From: Macrostomum lignano
Taxonomy: Eukaryota
Assembly: GCA_002269645.1 (NCBI GenBank)
Contig: NIVC01000016.1
Span: 248,001 to 312,000, forward strand
Direction: 5' to 3'
DNA: 64,000 bases
Shown: positions 1 through 12,584 of the stretch, piece by piece
Layout: every line of letters begins with the position of its first letter
Position numbering within the stretch: position 1 is the first letter of the stretch
Notes under the pieces: generated by a model
Databases searched by the model: none
What the model was told of the DNA's origin: nothing
What the model saw: the letters and a program-made list of their open reading frames with translations, nothing else
Position numbers and translations under genes: made by a program

Positions 1-3000
1 TACAAGCCGCTGCAATACAATTACGCCTCTCGCACATTCCGCAATCGGGCGGAAGCGGAAGCCAGCAGATCCAAAGAGGAAACTAAGCAGGCCGATATGC
101 GAGTGCGCGAGTTCGAGTCCCGCCTGCGCGATCTGGAGCAGCGGCTGGGAGAAGCGCCAGTGGATACCGCCGATAGGATTGCGCTGCGCAAGGCGCGGGA
201 CGCCCTGGCTTCTAGCAAGCGGGAGGCCCAGATGAAGAAGGTGATTTAGGGGGAGCGGATCTCTTAATTAGTCCTGTTTGGCAATTCGTTTTGTACATTT
301 TTCAGTTGACAATCGCCCATCTATCTACTCGGAATTTTCCCCCGAGAATGGCCGTCGACCTCCCGAGAATGGCCATCAACCTCACCAAGAATATTGCCCT
401 CAGTCCTTATTAAAAATCACCCGTAAACCTCCCTGAAGAATCACTCTTCAACCTCTCTAAGAATCGCCCTCAGCCACTCTAAGAATAACCATCAACCTCA
501 CCAAGAATCGCCCCCAGCCCTCACCAAAAATTGCCTTCAACCTCACCAAGAATGGCCCTCAACCTTCCCAAAGAATAGCCGTCGACCTCCCGAGAGTGGC
601 CATCGACCTCAACAAGAATCGCCCTCAACCTTCCCAAGAATCGCCCTTAACCTCACCAAGAATCGCCCTCAACCTCACCAAGAATCGCCCTCAACCTCAC
701 CACGAATCGCCCTCAACCTCACCAAGAATCGCCATCAACCTTTCCAAGAATCGCCCTCAACCTCACCAAGAATCGCCCTCAACCTCACCAAGAATCGCCC
801 TCAACCTCACCACGAATCGCCCTCAACCTCACCAAGAATCGCCCTCAACCTCACCACGAATCGCCCTCAACCTCACCAAGAATCGCCATCAACCTTTCCA
901 AGAATCGCCCTCAACCTCACCAAGAATCGCCCTCAACCTCACCAAGAATCGCCCTCAACCTCACCAAGAATCGCCCTCAACCGCCTCACCGCAGGTGATG
1001 GCCCAGAAGAAGCAGAAAGCGCTGAAGGAGCCGAAGACGCTGACATTTTACTTCGGCGTGAACCTGGAGCAGCGCAACATGTACGGCATGTTCGTGTACA
1101 ACTGTTCCCGCCTCATCAAAATGTACGAACGCACCGGGCCCCAGCTGGACAGCGGCCAGACCTGCCGAGGCGTGGTCGGCATTGTGAACGTTCCCTACAT
1201 CCTGCTCATGCCGACCCACAGCAAGCAGGACTTTGCCGACGCCAAAGAGTACAGAGCCCTGCTCAGGGCCATGTCCGACCATCTCATGCAGTACTGGGAC
1301 GACATCGGGATTGAGAAGCGGCCGGGCGGTGTCGACGCTTTCTGGGCCGAGTTCGGCTACTTGAAAGCCAAGTGGAGCGAGCCGCCGTCGCAGGAGCCGA
1401 AGTACGCCAAGAAGCGGGCCATCAGCCTGCAGACTCACGTGCAGTGCAACCGCTGCTTGAAATGGCGAATACTGCCGTTCCAGTCTAATCAGGTGAATGA
1501 ATCAGCTGCCCTGATAGCCAGCTGGAATATCTACAACAATCGCCCTTATTTACCTATCCAACAATCGCCTTTATTTACTTATCCAACAATCGCCCTTATT
1601 TATAATCGCCGCTCTATAAAAATGTCTAAAAATCGCACTAATCTGCCACTTAAATCCCGGCCACAGGTGGGCAAGTCGGTGCCGGACAACTGGGAGTGCA
1701 AGGACAATCCGGACAATGCGCACAAGCGCTGCTCTGAACCGGAGCAGATCCTAGCCGTGCCAGTCCGGGTGCTGAAGCGCAAGATCAAAACCAAGGAGCA
1801 GCGGCAGCAGGAGCTGGAGGACATGATCAAGCGGCGCCAGGCCGAGCTCGAGAAGCTCACAGGCGGCCAGGCTGTCCGCGGCCGCCAGCCAGCCAAGCGC
1901 GACGAGGAAGACGATTCTGAGGAGGAGGAGGAAGAAGAGTCCGAGGAGGAAGAGGAGGAGGAGCCCCCGGCTAAGCGGAGAGCCTCGCAGCAGCAGCAAC
2001 AGCAAAAGAAGAAGCCGGCTCCGCCTCCTCCGGCTCGCAAGGTGGCAACGCCACAGGCTGTTGCAGCAGCAAAGCAGCAGCAGCACCAGAAGCAGATCCA
2101 GCAGCAGCAGCAGCAGCGCCGCTCAATTGCTGCTCCTCCGCCTCAGAAGAAGCCGCCGCCGTCGCCTCCCAAAAAGCAGCAACAGACAACTCAAGGAAAA
2201 AAGCCCGCCGCAGCAGAATCGTCCAGCGATGATGAGGATGAAGAAGAGGAAGAAGAGTCCAGCGACGAAGAGGAGGAGGAGGAAGTGAAGAAGAAAGCGG
2301 AGCCAGCCAAGCCGGCGGCCCCAGCCAGGTCTGCCCCGATGGCCAAGCGATCCTCCGGAGCCCTCCCGCCTCTGCCTGCGGCTGCGGCAGCCAAGCAGCC
2401 ACAGCAACCGCCGCAGCCTCCTCCGGCGCCCTCCGTCCGGGTGACTCGCACGCCGGCAACAATTTCTACAGGGCAGAGCGGCCAGGCAGGCAGCGCCACT
2501 CAGCAGAATAAGCAGGCGGAAGCGGCCGCGTCGGCTGACGGCATCAATTCAACCGCTAGCTCGGCTCAGTCGGCTGTCAAATCGGTGAGTGGCTGACTGG
2601 GATGAGGCAGTCCCAGCGATGCTGCTGGCAGGCACAAGCAACTGAGACAGACAGGATCAGGTACTGTGACAGACAGGATCAGGTACTGTGACAGACAGGA
2701 ACAGGTACTGTGACAGACAGGAACAGGTACTGAGACAGACAGGAACAGGTACTGTGACAGACAGGAACAGGTACTGAGATAGACAGGATCAGCAGGTACT
2801 GAGATAGACAGGAACAGGTACTGAGATAGACAGGATCAGGTACTGAGATAGACAGGAACAGGTACTGTGACAGACAGGAACAGGTACTGAGATAGACAGG
2901 AACAGGTACTGAGACAGACAGGATCAGGTACTGTGACAGACAGGAACAGGTACTGAGACAGTTAGGAACAGGTACTGAGACAGGTAGGAACAGGTACTGA

Positions 3001-4486
3001 GACAGTTAGGAACAGGTACTGAGATCGACAGGAACAGGTACTGAGACAGTTAGGAACGGGTACTGAGATAGACAGAAACAGGTACTGAGACAGACAGGAA
3101 CAGGTACTGAGACAGTTAGGAACAGGTACTGAGACAGACAGGAACAGGTACTGAGACAGTTAGGAACAGGTACTGAGACAGTTAGGAACAGGTACTGAGA
3201 CAGTTAGGAACAGGTACTGAGACAGTTAGGAACGGGTACTGAGATAGACAGAAACAGGTACTGAGACAGACAGGAACAGGTACTGAGACAGTTAGGAACA
3301 GGTACTGAGACAGTTAGGAACAGGTACTGAGATAGACAGGAACAGGTACTGAGACAGACAGGAACAGGTACTGAGACAGTTAGGAACAGGTACTGAGACA
3401 GTTAGGAACAGGTACTGAGACAGTTAGGAACAGGTACTGAGATAGACAGGAACAGGTACTGTGACAGACAGTAACAGGTACTGAGATAGACAGAAACAGG
3501 TACTGAGACAGACAGACGTTATCATAAAGACAGAAAGACACAAAGAAAACGGTGGACACAAACGGACACAATCAATAAGAACAACTGGACAGGCGGACAG
3601 AACACACTACCAGAGAAAAATACGATTTGAAGGCTCAAGAGTGATAGATGTGGCATTCACCCACCCGTTTTCAGCTCACTGCGGAGCTGCAGTCGGTCAA
3701 CCAGCAGTTATCAACAGTGTCGGATAAGCTTCGCGATGTTCTCAAATATTTCTGTCCGCCGAATTTTTCCCGGGCCGACACTGATTTCGCGCAGATGCCC
3801 GTGTCAGAGCTGGAGGCCTTTCCCACTGAGCCATTCTTTAGAATCTACGAGGAGGGCATCAGTCAGGTAATTTTGCGTGCCGGTTTTAAACTCATCAATG
3901 TACAAGCATGATTTATTAGACTTGACACGTGAAAACTGTGGGATACCAATGCCTATGCTATCGGTTTTTTCCGTGCTGGAAATCACTTGGGTAACAGATT
4001 ACGAAAATCTCCAATTAAACAAGCAAGTCACACTTTTGACGCTCGTAAAAGACTACTGAAAGTATTATGCCGAATTATTTTCCCCATCTTCTACTATAAG
4101 TAGAGTATTCAGTAAAAACCTCGTTATTTTAAATTTTGGACATGCAATTTTCTACTATTTCTACTGCTAGTAGAATCGAACGAAAATGATTTAATACAGT
4201 AAAAGCTTAGAATCATCGAAAACTGTTTTGTTTTGTACATCTGAGTTTTCGACTGCAACATTTCTTCTTGAAGAACTTCTGTCTCAAAAGTCGTCAAGCT
4301 AAATCCTACATTGCATTTCAGCTCATTCGCGAAAGAGTCGAGGAGAAGGAGAAAGAGCTGATGGCACTCCGGTCGGCCCTAGCCAGACTCCTCATTGCCG
4401 CCGGCTACCTGGAGGCCGGGGCCGACACGCACAGCCAGCTGGTGGACCGGACGCTCATCAAATTCCTGGCGGAGAAGAACCTCTGA
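1..4486 (+). CDS. MORC2: MORC family CW-type zinc finger ATPase (MORC2-like), 3' portion; 5' end outside window
   Basis: Exons <1-240, 995-1492, 1667-2584, 3675-3866, 4322-4486, all phase 0 with GT..AG introns. They encode the MORC2-type coiled-coil insertion (YKPLQYNYASRTFRNRAEAE), the S5-fold segment (FGVNLEQRNMYGMFVYNCSRLIKMYE...PTHSKQDFADAKEYRALL), the CW finger (QCNRCLKWR...WECKDNP...RCSEPEQ), an acidic/polyQ linker and a C-terminal region (KLRDVLKYFCPPNF...ELEAFP). These resemble MORC2 as recalled from the family. Confidence 0.92.
340..985 (+). repeat. 22-bp minisatellite (AAGAATCGCCCTCAACCTCACC) in MORC intron
   Basis: Direct tandem copies, degenerate at the 5' end, running to within about 10 nt of the acceptor at 993-994. 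Confidence 0.95.
2642..3515 (+). repeat. 22-bp minisatellite (GAGACAGACAGGAACAGGTACT) in MORC intron
   Basis: Visible tandem array with GACAG/GTTAG/GATAG variants. Confidence 0.95.
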
Positions 4487-4809
4487 TACATGGGCCATCC
4501 GGGTCAATTCAACCGGCTTCTGTTTTTTACCTGTTTTTTTTATTAACACGGTTCCCATCTGCGCGTCTGTTTGTGACTGTCTCTCTCTTGTTGCAATCTT
4601 TTACGTATTTCATGCGACTATTTGGTTTCATTATTTTTAATTTGGCAACCAAAATAGTTAGAATTTGTTTGTACCGGCTTTTAAGTAGAGGTATTTGCTG
4701 GCTTTTGTTGTCTCCGCGGTTGGATGCTGATATTTTTTTACCTGTCTTCTTCTTTGGGCCGAAATATATGGTTGTTCATCTGGTTGTGACAAGATTTTGT
4801 AGGGCTCAG

Positions 4810-5606
4810 TGTTGAGATGTGGGGTGAGATTCTGTAGACACGATCTGGTGAGATGCGAGTGAGAGTTTAGAGTCAATCGGGTGAGATGCGAGTGAGAGTT
4901 TGTAGAGTCAGTCGGGTGAGATGCGAGTGAGAGTTTGTAGAGCCAGTCGGGTGAGATGCGAGTGCGAGTTTGTAGAGTCAGTCGGGTGAGATGCGAGTGA
5001 GAGTTTGTAGAGTCAGTCGGGTGAGATGCGAGTGCGAGTTTGTAGAGTCAGTCGGGTGAGATGCGAGTGAGAGTTTGTAGAGTCAGTCGGGTGAGATGCG
5101 AGTGAGAGTTTGTAGAGTCAATCGGGTGAGATGCGAGTGAGAGTTTGTAGAGTCAATCGGTTGAGATGCGAGTGAGAATTTGTAGAGTCAGTCGGGTGAG
5201 ATGCGAGTGAGAGTTTGTAGAGTCAGTCGGGTGAGATGCGAGTGAGAGTTTGTAGAGTCAATCGGGTGAGATGCGAGTGAGAGTTTGTAGAGTCAATCGG
5301 GTGAGATGCGAGTGAGAGTTTAGAGTCAGTCGGTGAGATGCGAGTGAGAGTTTAGAGTCAGTCGGGTGAGATGCGAGTGCGAGTTTGTAGAGTCAGTCGG
5401 GTGAGATGCGAGTGAGAGTTTGTAGAGTCAGTCGGGTGAGATGCGAGTGAGAGTTTAGAGTCAGTCGGGTGAGATGCGAGTGAGAGTTTAGAGTCAGTCG
5501 GGTGAGATGCGAGTGAGAGTTTAGAGTCAGTCGGGTGAGATGCGAGTGAGAGTTTAGAGTCAATCGGGTGAGATGCGAGTTTGTAGAGTCAATCGGGTGA
5601 GATGAG
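4810..5606 (+). repeat. 35-bp minisatellite (GTGAGATGCGAGTGAGAGTTTGTAGAGTCAGTCGG)
   Basis: Period 35 (GTCGG at 4981 and 5016), downstream of the MORC stop. Confidence 0.95.
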
Positions 5607-8144
5607 GTATTTTCGGTTTTGTTTGGCTCAAGATTTGCTGCAAGAAAGAAATCTGTTCATATTTTCGTTGTCTCTCCAGGGGTAGTATTTTGTTAATCTG
5701 TTTAGGAGTTTTAATCAGCTGCTGTTAATGTCTTTAACTTTGAAGTTCGTACTGCTACTCGCTGCTGACAGTCGATTCGGGAAAGTAATATATGAAGTGG
5801 ATTTTATCGGCGCCCTTGTTGATTTTTAAACGACGGTGCCCTCTGAGTCTCCTGCGGTCTCGGTGTCTCGCTGACTCTCTGGCATATTAGTCTGCAGTTA
5901 CACAAATTTACCCCAGCAACTATTGCAACCCCCCACCTGACCACGCGACAAGGCAGCTGCCCCTCCTTTGCATGCCAGTTATCCGCTCCCGAATTTCTCA
6001 GCGCAAGCTTCTGTTTGTTGGTGTTGTATACCGTTCGCACCCAGGTTGAATATGTGCCCCAGGGCTTGCTATAGTTATCATTCATACACCAATCACCATT
6101 TCGCAGTCGCATGCCGGGGCGCGCAGGTCTGCATTTATTGTGCTAAGATTCGTAGCTCGTCTGCCCTGTCCTGTATTCTCGCCTCGGCGTGCGGACCGGC
6201 TGTCCCCCCTATTCGATACAATTAATCAATACAAACTTAATATGCTCGAGTGCGAGTTTGCTAAAAAAATCATTTGTTACTTTAAAAAATGCTGAAAATA
6301 AATTTGTTTCAATTTGTTCTTTCTTATAACCGAGTGCGATGGAGTTAAGCTAAGTTGGCTGCGGTTAGTACGCAACTGATAGCTGAATAGGCTAGAAATT
6401 TTTGCAATGAGAAAATTGAAGTGAAATTGTGTTGCCACATATAATACTACTGTTACTAAGTAGCCTAGTAAGATCCTATTTTGTTCAACATAGATTTCTT
6501 TGTTTCGACCAGGCTAGCCAAAAACCCAGCGTTTAAAACCAATTCTTAGAAATTTTCACTTCCCTAGCTAGATTTTGGTCCGCTTCGAGTCGCAAAGTAA
6601 CGTACTATGGGCCGTATGCAGAAAGCTCTGTCTAAGGTAGTCCGGTCTTGAAAAGCTAGTGAGTTTTCTACACAAGAAACTACAAAAAAACTACAAATCA
6701 GTTTCAAATTGGCAAAACAAACTAAAACGTTTACGGACGCTGGGCGCTGAAAGCAGCCTGGCAGAAGCATAGCAAATCCTGCATCTTTTTGTTTGCCTTG
6801 GTTGCGAAGGAGCTTCTCGGTAGGCGAGTCACTTTCTACTATTTCCAGTGAGCTCCAGTAGTGCGCAGATACTGCCTTCCTTCGACTTGTTTGCGACTGT
6901 GCGTGTGCGTGGGACATAAATGATCCTCGTATTTACCGGTAAAAGGCAAATATTCATTCCATTAGACGCGCAAAATTTTGGCCTGACGAAGAGCCCAGAG
7001 AGGCATGAAACCGATTTCCATTTTCTGAGTACTAAAATTTAAAGCCTTTAAAACTAGCCCTTGGTTTTGGGAGCTCACAGTTCTACTGAAGCAGTAAGGT
7101 AGCAAGTGGCCATTGACACCCATTGGCGGATGACGAAGTGTCCAGGAATCAACCTCCATGCACGGGTTGTCTTTGAGGACACTGCTTTTTTTCTTGCTAC
7201 TTCTTATTTTGCGAGCAGTTCAGGCCGGAGCTTAACTTTTCATTCTCTGCAGCAGTCGTTTGGGCATGGGCACCACAAAGTTGAGACTTCGGTTCGCAAT
7301 TTTGCGCAACTGGTCGGCCGTAATACCTTTACAGCTGTCTTAGAATCGCACGAAAGTCAGCAACCACTTGAATTGATCGCGATTCAAGCGTCTCGGGCTT
7401 TTGAAAGCGGAGCGTGCTGTGGAAGTCATCAGTGCACCAGTGGTCATGCAGCCGCTAACTTTGTTCAGGACCATGTAAAAGTGCATCCCTATGAGCTCTC
7501 TCATCTCGTGGGCAGTGCAACCTCTTTAGCGAGGTTGTCAGCGAACTGCCGCTTGCTTCCAGAGTTGGTCCAACCAGCCGGGCATTGAAAGAGCCTAAAG
7601 AGAGTAAGAAGGCAGCTTCGTCCTGCTCCACGTCTTCAGGAACTGAAACTGCTGGACTCAAGCCTGCCTGTCCGATCAATGCAAAATCCGTTGGCGGCTC
7701 CTCGGGACCAGGCTCGATGAAGTGCGGTTCAACAGACTTCTCCGTTTCCTGGAGTTAAAAAAGCATCGGAAGCGTCAACATTGGTCTCTGCATCTTTCAC
7801 CGCCTTGAGTCAACTCATTACCCAAAATACTTCTTCACCCAAACTCTTCGTTGAACCCGGCTTCGTAATTGAGAGCTTCATCTTCTTCGCTTTTATCCAA
7901 CATCCTGCGATAATCCATTATTTGGATTCTTTTTATAGAGCAATAGTTTGCAATTGAATTAACCGCAGATCCAGATTTTAGACTAACTACGCGTATAGGC
8001 TCAAGCGAGGGAGCAAATACAGAAAAGCACGTGCGTTTGTTAATTTTCTTTCAACCCATACGATTTTACCTCACCCCCTCAGCCAAGTCACACCTTATAT
8101 TTCAATGCCCCAGAGGGTTTTCACAAAAAAACTAGGAACTGATC

Positions 8145-8787
8145 CAAGGACGACTTAAGTAGAAGGACGGGAAACCTCGTTTCTTAGAAAATTTTTGAAG
8201 GCACTTTTTCCCGAAAAAATACACTGCGGAGATAGGAAATTTTCATTTTTTCAGCACAAAAATTGCTATAACTTTTGATAGGAGGCAGATCCAGTGTTGA
8301 TCTTTTGATATGTTGTGCCTTTTTTATTGCTCTATCGATATTTATAAAGCTTTCCGTTCAGAAAATTAGGATTCTATGTTAATTTTTTATTCTACGTATA
8401 TTTTCATGTGTCTTGTGCTTGAAATACATTAGAATGCCACGGCTTGGCTCTTTGATTTTATGAGTCTATTTTATCCTTCTTACCTGACTGTATAGCAAAT
8501 AGTCGTAACATAGATGATAAAATAGATTCATAAAACCAAATATTAGAGCTGTGTCATGCATTTTTGTGATTTTTAGATACAGGAAATATGCACAAGGCAC
8601 AACAATAAAAAAGGCACAACATATCAAAAGATCAACACTGGATCTGCCTCCTATCAAAAGTTATAGCAATTTTTGTGCTGAAAAAATGAAAACTTCCTAT
8701 CTCCGCAGTGTGTTTTTTCGGGAAAAAGTGCCTTCAAAAATTTTCTAAGAAACGAGGTTTCCCGTCCTTCTACTTAAGTCGTCCTTG
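8145..8787. mobile_element. Non-autonomous DNA transposon (MITE-like) with ~185-bp TIRs and 8-bp TSD; probably P superfamily
   Basis: 8145-8329 and 8603-8787 are near-perfect inverted repeats starting CAAGGACGACTTAAGTAGAAGG. The direct repeat AACTGATC flanks both ends (8137-8144, 8788-8795). No transposase ORF. Confidence 0.9.
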
Positions 8788-8854
8788 AACTGATCGTGTA
8801 CAATTGTGCACCACATAGTCCAGCAAAACCATAGACTGTAGACATAGCTGTTGT

Positions 8855-9060
8855 CTATGGTAAGCCTAGTGGTTAGAGCATTGTACTCATGACTTGAAGG
8901 TCGGGGGTTCGATTCCCGATTCCACTGGAACAATTTGTGTCCTTGCGCAAACTCTACATTGCTTCAGTTCACCCAGCTGTAAAATGGGTGCCAGCATTAG
9001 CTGGGGGTAATTGTGGGTTGGTGTGGCGACCCCCCAGTCCATGAACTGAACAGCCGTACG
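8855..9060 (+). mobile_element. tRNA-derived SINE with CORE-like central domain
   Basis: Pol III A-box-like AGCCTAGTGGTTAG (8863-8876) and B-box GGTTCGATTCC (~8906-8916), with no pairing acceptor stem. These are followed by TGTCCTTGCGCAAAC...CTTCAGTTCACCCAGCTGTAAAATGGG, similar to the conserved SINE core motif (CCTTGGGCAAG...CTGTAAAATGGG). Confidence 0.7.
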
Positions 9061-9609
9061 CAGCCTTCAGATGCGCCGCGCAATACTCTTAGCTGCGGCT
9101 GAGCTTTCGGTTGCACATCTGGCCCAATTGGGGCAGGTGTAATTAATTATTATTACTATGGTAAGCGAAAGATATTCATTGTTGATTACGTTGTCCCTTT
9201 CTGTCTCTTCTGTATCTGCACGTTCAGTCACGAATATAGGAGTGCCGCTCATTGCTAACAGAATGTCTATGGTAAGCAGTGCATGCCATTCTGGCAGGAA
9301 CGGAGATTTTCGAAACCCGATCAGGCAGGAAGAACCTCCGTTTTTTTAACTCAGCCAGTGTTTGCTGTGGTCTCAGCTTGGTCCAGCTGATGCTAGTCTC
9401 ATGCCAGTCTGTTTGCCCGAATCTCTTGATTCCCAAACCCTACGCTACCTATCATAACACTATCTCTCCCGAATCTACCGGTACCATGTACCTATCAAAT
9501 CCCTGGAGTCCTACAAATGGTTAAACCAAAATTTCGCGCACCTCTTATTCACACAAATTTGCTCACCTACGGTCGATATTTAGATAATTCAATCTACTAT
9601 TCTCCCAGT

Positions 9610-9870
9610 ATCCCACACGAAACCCTCCCCCTAAATCCCATATGAAACTCTCCCTGAATCCCATATGAAACTCTCCCTAAATCCCATATGAAATTCTCCC
9701 TGAATCCCATATGAAACTCTCCCTGAATCCCATATGAAATTCTCCCTAAATCCCATATGAAACTCTCCCTAAATCCCATATGAAACTCTCCCTAAATCCC
9801 ATATGAAACTCTCCCTAAATCCCATATGAAACTCTCCCTGAATCCCATATGAAACTCTCCCAAAATCCCA
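9610..9870 (+). repeat. 23-bp minisatellite (CCATATGAAACTCTCCCTAAATC)
   Basis: About 11 visible tandem copies. Confidence 0.92.
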
Positions 9871-10504
9871 AATCTAAATATACTAAATCTCTAATATTTG
9901 TATGTCCATAACGCTCTAGTAAAATTCTAAATCTCATCTAATTCCAATAAAATCCTATTTGAAGATCTCACAAAGTCCCCTACAAATTGTCCTGGACGCG
10001 CAGTGCAAATTCGCCTTTACTAGCTCGGGGACTTGCACTGTCCATTCGTGCTGATTTCAGTCGGCTCGACTCGAAGTCGAAGCGCAACTTTTTCGGAATT
10101 ACCTTGATTTACTCGAGAAAGTGAGCTGTACTCGCACCTGCTCAAGAGATGTCAGGCATGGAGTTCATGAGTTCGAGGTTAGGAGTACATTGACCGAAGC
10201 GTGTCCCCTACGGCAAGCGGTGTTTTGGAGCCGGGCTGCTCAGCAGTTATTATTGGGATTTGTGTCACACCTGGTATAGTGAACATCCAATGGGATTAAA
10301 AATCAGATTAAGCTGCAGTGATATGAGATTAGTAGCTGGCAGTGTTGATGCAAGTTGCAAGTGACATTTGGATCAGGACTGTCTGGTGTCAGTTAATGGG
10401 GCTGTCTGGGGATTTAAAAAGTGTCCGTAAAAGACAGTTACACTAAATAAAGTCCGAAATAACAAGGGCTGCATCATATTACTCGTGTCACAGCTAGATT
10501 TATA

Positions 10505-10885
10505 AGGGCGTCACAATGATTCGTGTCAGATGGAACCAAAGCGTCACAATGATTCGGGTCAAATGTAACCAAAGCGTCACAATGATTCGTGTCAGATGGA
10601 ACCAAAGCGTCACAATGATTCGTGTCAAATGAAACCAAAGCGTCACAATGATTCGGGTCAAATGAAACCAAAGCGTCACAATGATTCGGGTCAAATGAAA
10701 CCAAAGCGTCATAATGGTTCGTGTCAAATGAAACCAAAGCGTCACAATGATTCGTGTCAGATGGAACCAAAGCGTCACAATGATTCGGGTCAAATGAAAC
10801 CAAAGCGTCATAATGATTTGGGTCAGATGGAACCAAAGCGTCATAATGGTTCGTGTCAAATGGAACAGGGTTTCCATAGCGATTC
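10505..10885 (+). repeat. 33-bp minisatellite (AACCAAAGCGTCACAATGATTCGTGTCAGATGG)
   Basis: Tandem copies just 3' of the GPCR stop; they explain the repetitive ORFs at 10474-11105. Confidence 0.92.
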
Positions 10886-11379
10886 GTGTCAACGTTCGGT
10901 CCATATTGTCCAAAAATCCATCAGCCGATCGAGTCTTCATCAGCAGCTGGCTTCCCGCATCTCCGTTTCGCCCATCGTCGCCCGAGTCCGGTCTGAATCG
11001 CGAGCGGCGGTCACCTGTCCGCTGCCACAGCCGGCCAGTCGTCGCAGACGGTCGACAGCCGACGCCGCGGGCTGGACGCAGCAGCGGCGCCAAACCTTGC
11101 GATAGCCGCGCCGGAACTCCGGATTGGAGACGCCGTAGATTACTGGGTTGACGGTGGAGTTGAAGTGCGCCAGGATGATTGCGTAGGCGTGAACGTGAAC
11201 CGGCAGTCGGTCGTCGTGATCGAACAGCACTAGGAAAGCGTAGGGCGTCCAGCAGATGACCAGAATGGCGAACACTAGGAACAGCGTGCGGGCCAGGCGG
11301 ATTGAGCTGCGGGACTGCTGCACCGCCTGGAGTTGAGGGTCGAGTTCTTGTTGATGGGTAGTGGGTGTTAAAGTTGGAC

Positions 11380-12017
11380 AGGTTGAAGTTTGGGGTGGTG
11401 AGTTATGGGTTGAAGTTTGGGGTTAAAGTTTGTAGGTGGTAAGTTACGGGGTTGAAGTTTGGAGTGGTGGGTTAGGGGGTTGAAGCTTGGGGTGGTGGGT
11501 TATAGGGTTAAAGTTTGGGGTGGTGGGTTAGAGATTGAAGTTTGGAGTGGCGGGTTAGGGGGTTGAAGTTTGGGGTGGTGGGTTATAGGGTTGAAGTTTG
11601 AGGTGGTGGGTTAGGGGTTGAAGTTTAGGGTGCTGAGTTAGGGGTTGAAGTTTGGGGTGGTGGGTTAGAGGTTGAAGTTTGGAGTGTTAGGGGGTGAAGT
11701 TTGGGGTGGTGAGTTATGGGGTTGAAGTTTGGGGTGGTGGGTTAGGGGTTGAAGTTTGAGGTGGTGGGTTATAGGGTTGAAGTTTGGGGTGGTGGGTTAG
11801 AGGTTGAAGTTTGGAGTGTTAGGGGTGAAGTTTGGGGTGGTGAGTTTTGGGGTTGAAGTTTGAGGTGGTGGGTTATAGGGTTGAAGTTTGGGGTGGTGGG
11901 TTAGAGGTTGAAGTTTGGAGTGGTGGGTTAGGGGGTTGAAGTTTGGGGTGGTGGGTTAGGGGTTGAAGTTTGGGGTGGTGGGTTAGGGGCTGAAGTTTGG
12001 GGTGGTGGGTTAGGGGT
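11380..12017 (+). repeat. 27-bp G-rich minisatellite (GAAGTTTGGGGTGGTGGGTTAGGGGTT) in GPCR intron 4
   Basis: Tandem array filling most of the intron. Confidence 0.93.
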
Positions 12018-12584
12018 AATAAAATAGTCGCACCTGCTCGCCCTTGACCGACTGAGCGACTCGCCTAGACCGGGTTCGCACGTGCAGGAAGATGGCCAAA
12101 TAGCAGATGGCGATGAGCAGGCAGGGCGAGCCGATGGCAGCCACGCTGACAAAGAATGTGTAGCCCCTGTCCGCCATGCGATCCTACAGACAGGCCAGAT
12201 TCTTCGGGTCGAAGATGTGCCGCCCCCTGCCGAGATAATTAGGCAGCTCCATGATGCAGCTGGCCAGCCAGAGCGCAGCCAGCATGGGTCCCACGGAGCG
12301 GCTGTTGAACAGCTTGGCGTACAGCCTGTTCCGGCAGATGAACACGTAGCGATTCACGGCAATGGAGCCGATGCTGAGCAGCGAGCAGAAACAGCAGACG
12401 AGGCAGAGGGAGGCGATGAAGGTGCACAGGGCCGGCCTGTCGAGAAAGTATCCACGCCCGGTAACTATTCCTGGGAGCGGGTTAACCGGGGTTGAGCGGA
12501 TGGTGTTAGAGACTCGGTACTGGGCAAGCGGATAGGGGTATGGGAGCGTGAGGTATGGAACAGGATTTATGGGGCAAGGTTTAT

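Noticed and set aside
596-994. Repetitive N-terminal extension of the 666-aa ORF (SPRIALNLTKNRPQ repeats)
   Set aside because: It is the intron 1 minisatellite read through. The MORC exon 1-240 has a phase-matched donor, and the real acceptor is at 994.
2585-2596. ORF stop at 2596 as the end of MORC
   Set aside because: A GTGAGT donor at 2585 and two downstream phase-0 exons encode the MORC2-like C-terminus.
8855-8930. Functional tRNA gene
   Set aside because: A/B boxes are present, but the acceptor stem and anticodon arm do not pair and the sequence continues into a SINE-like body.
10001-10040. CAGTGCAA...TTGCACTG hairpin resembling a miRNA seed
   Set aside because: The stem is only 8 bp, far too short for a pre-miRNA, and is consistent with chance.
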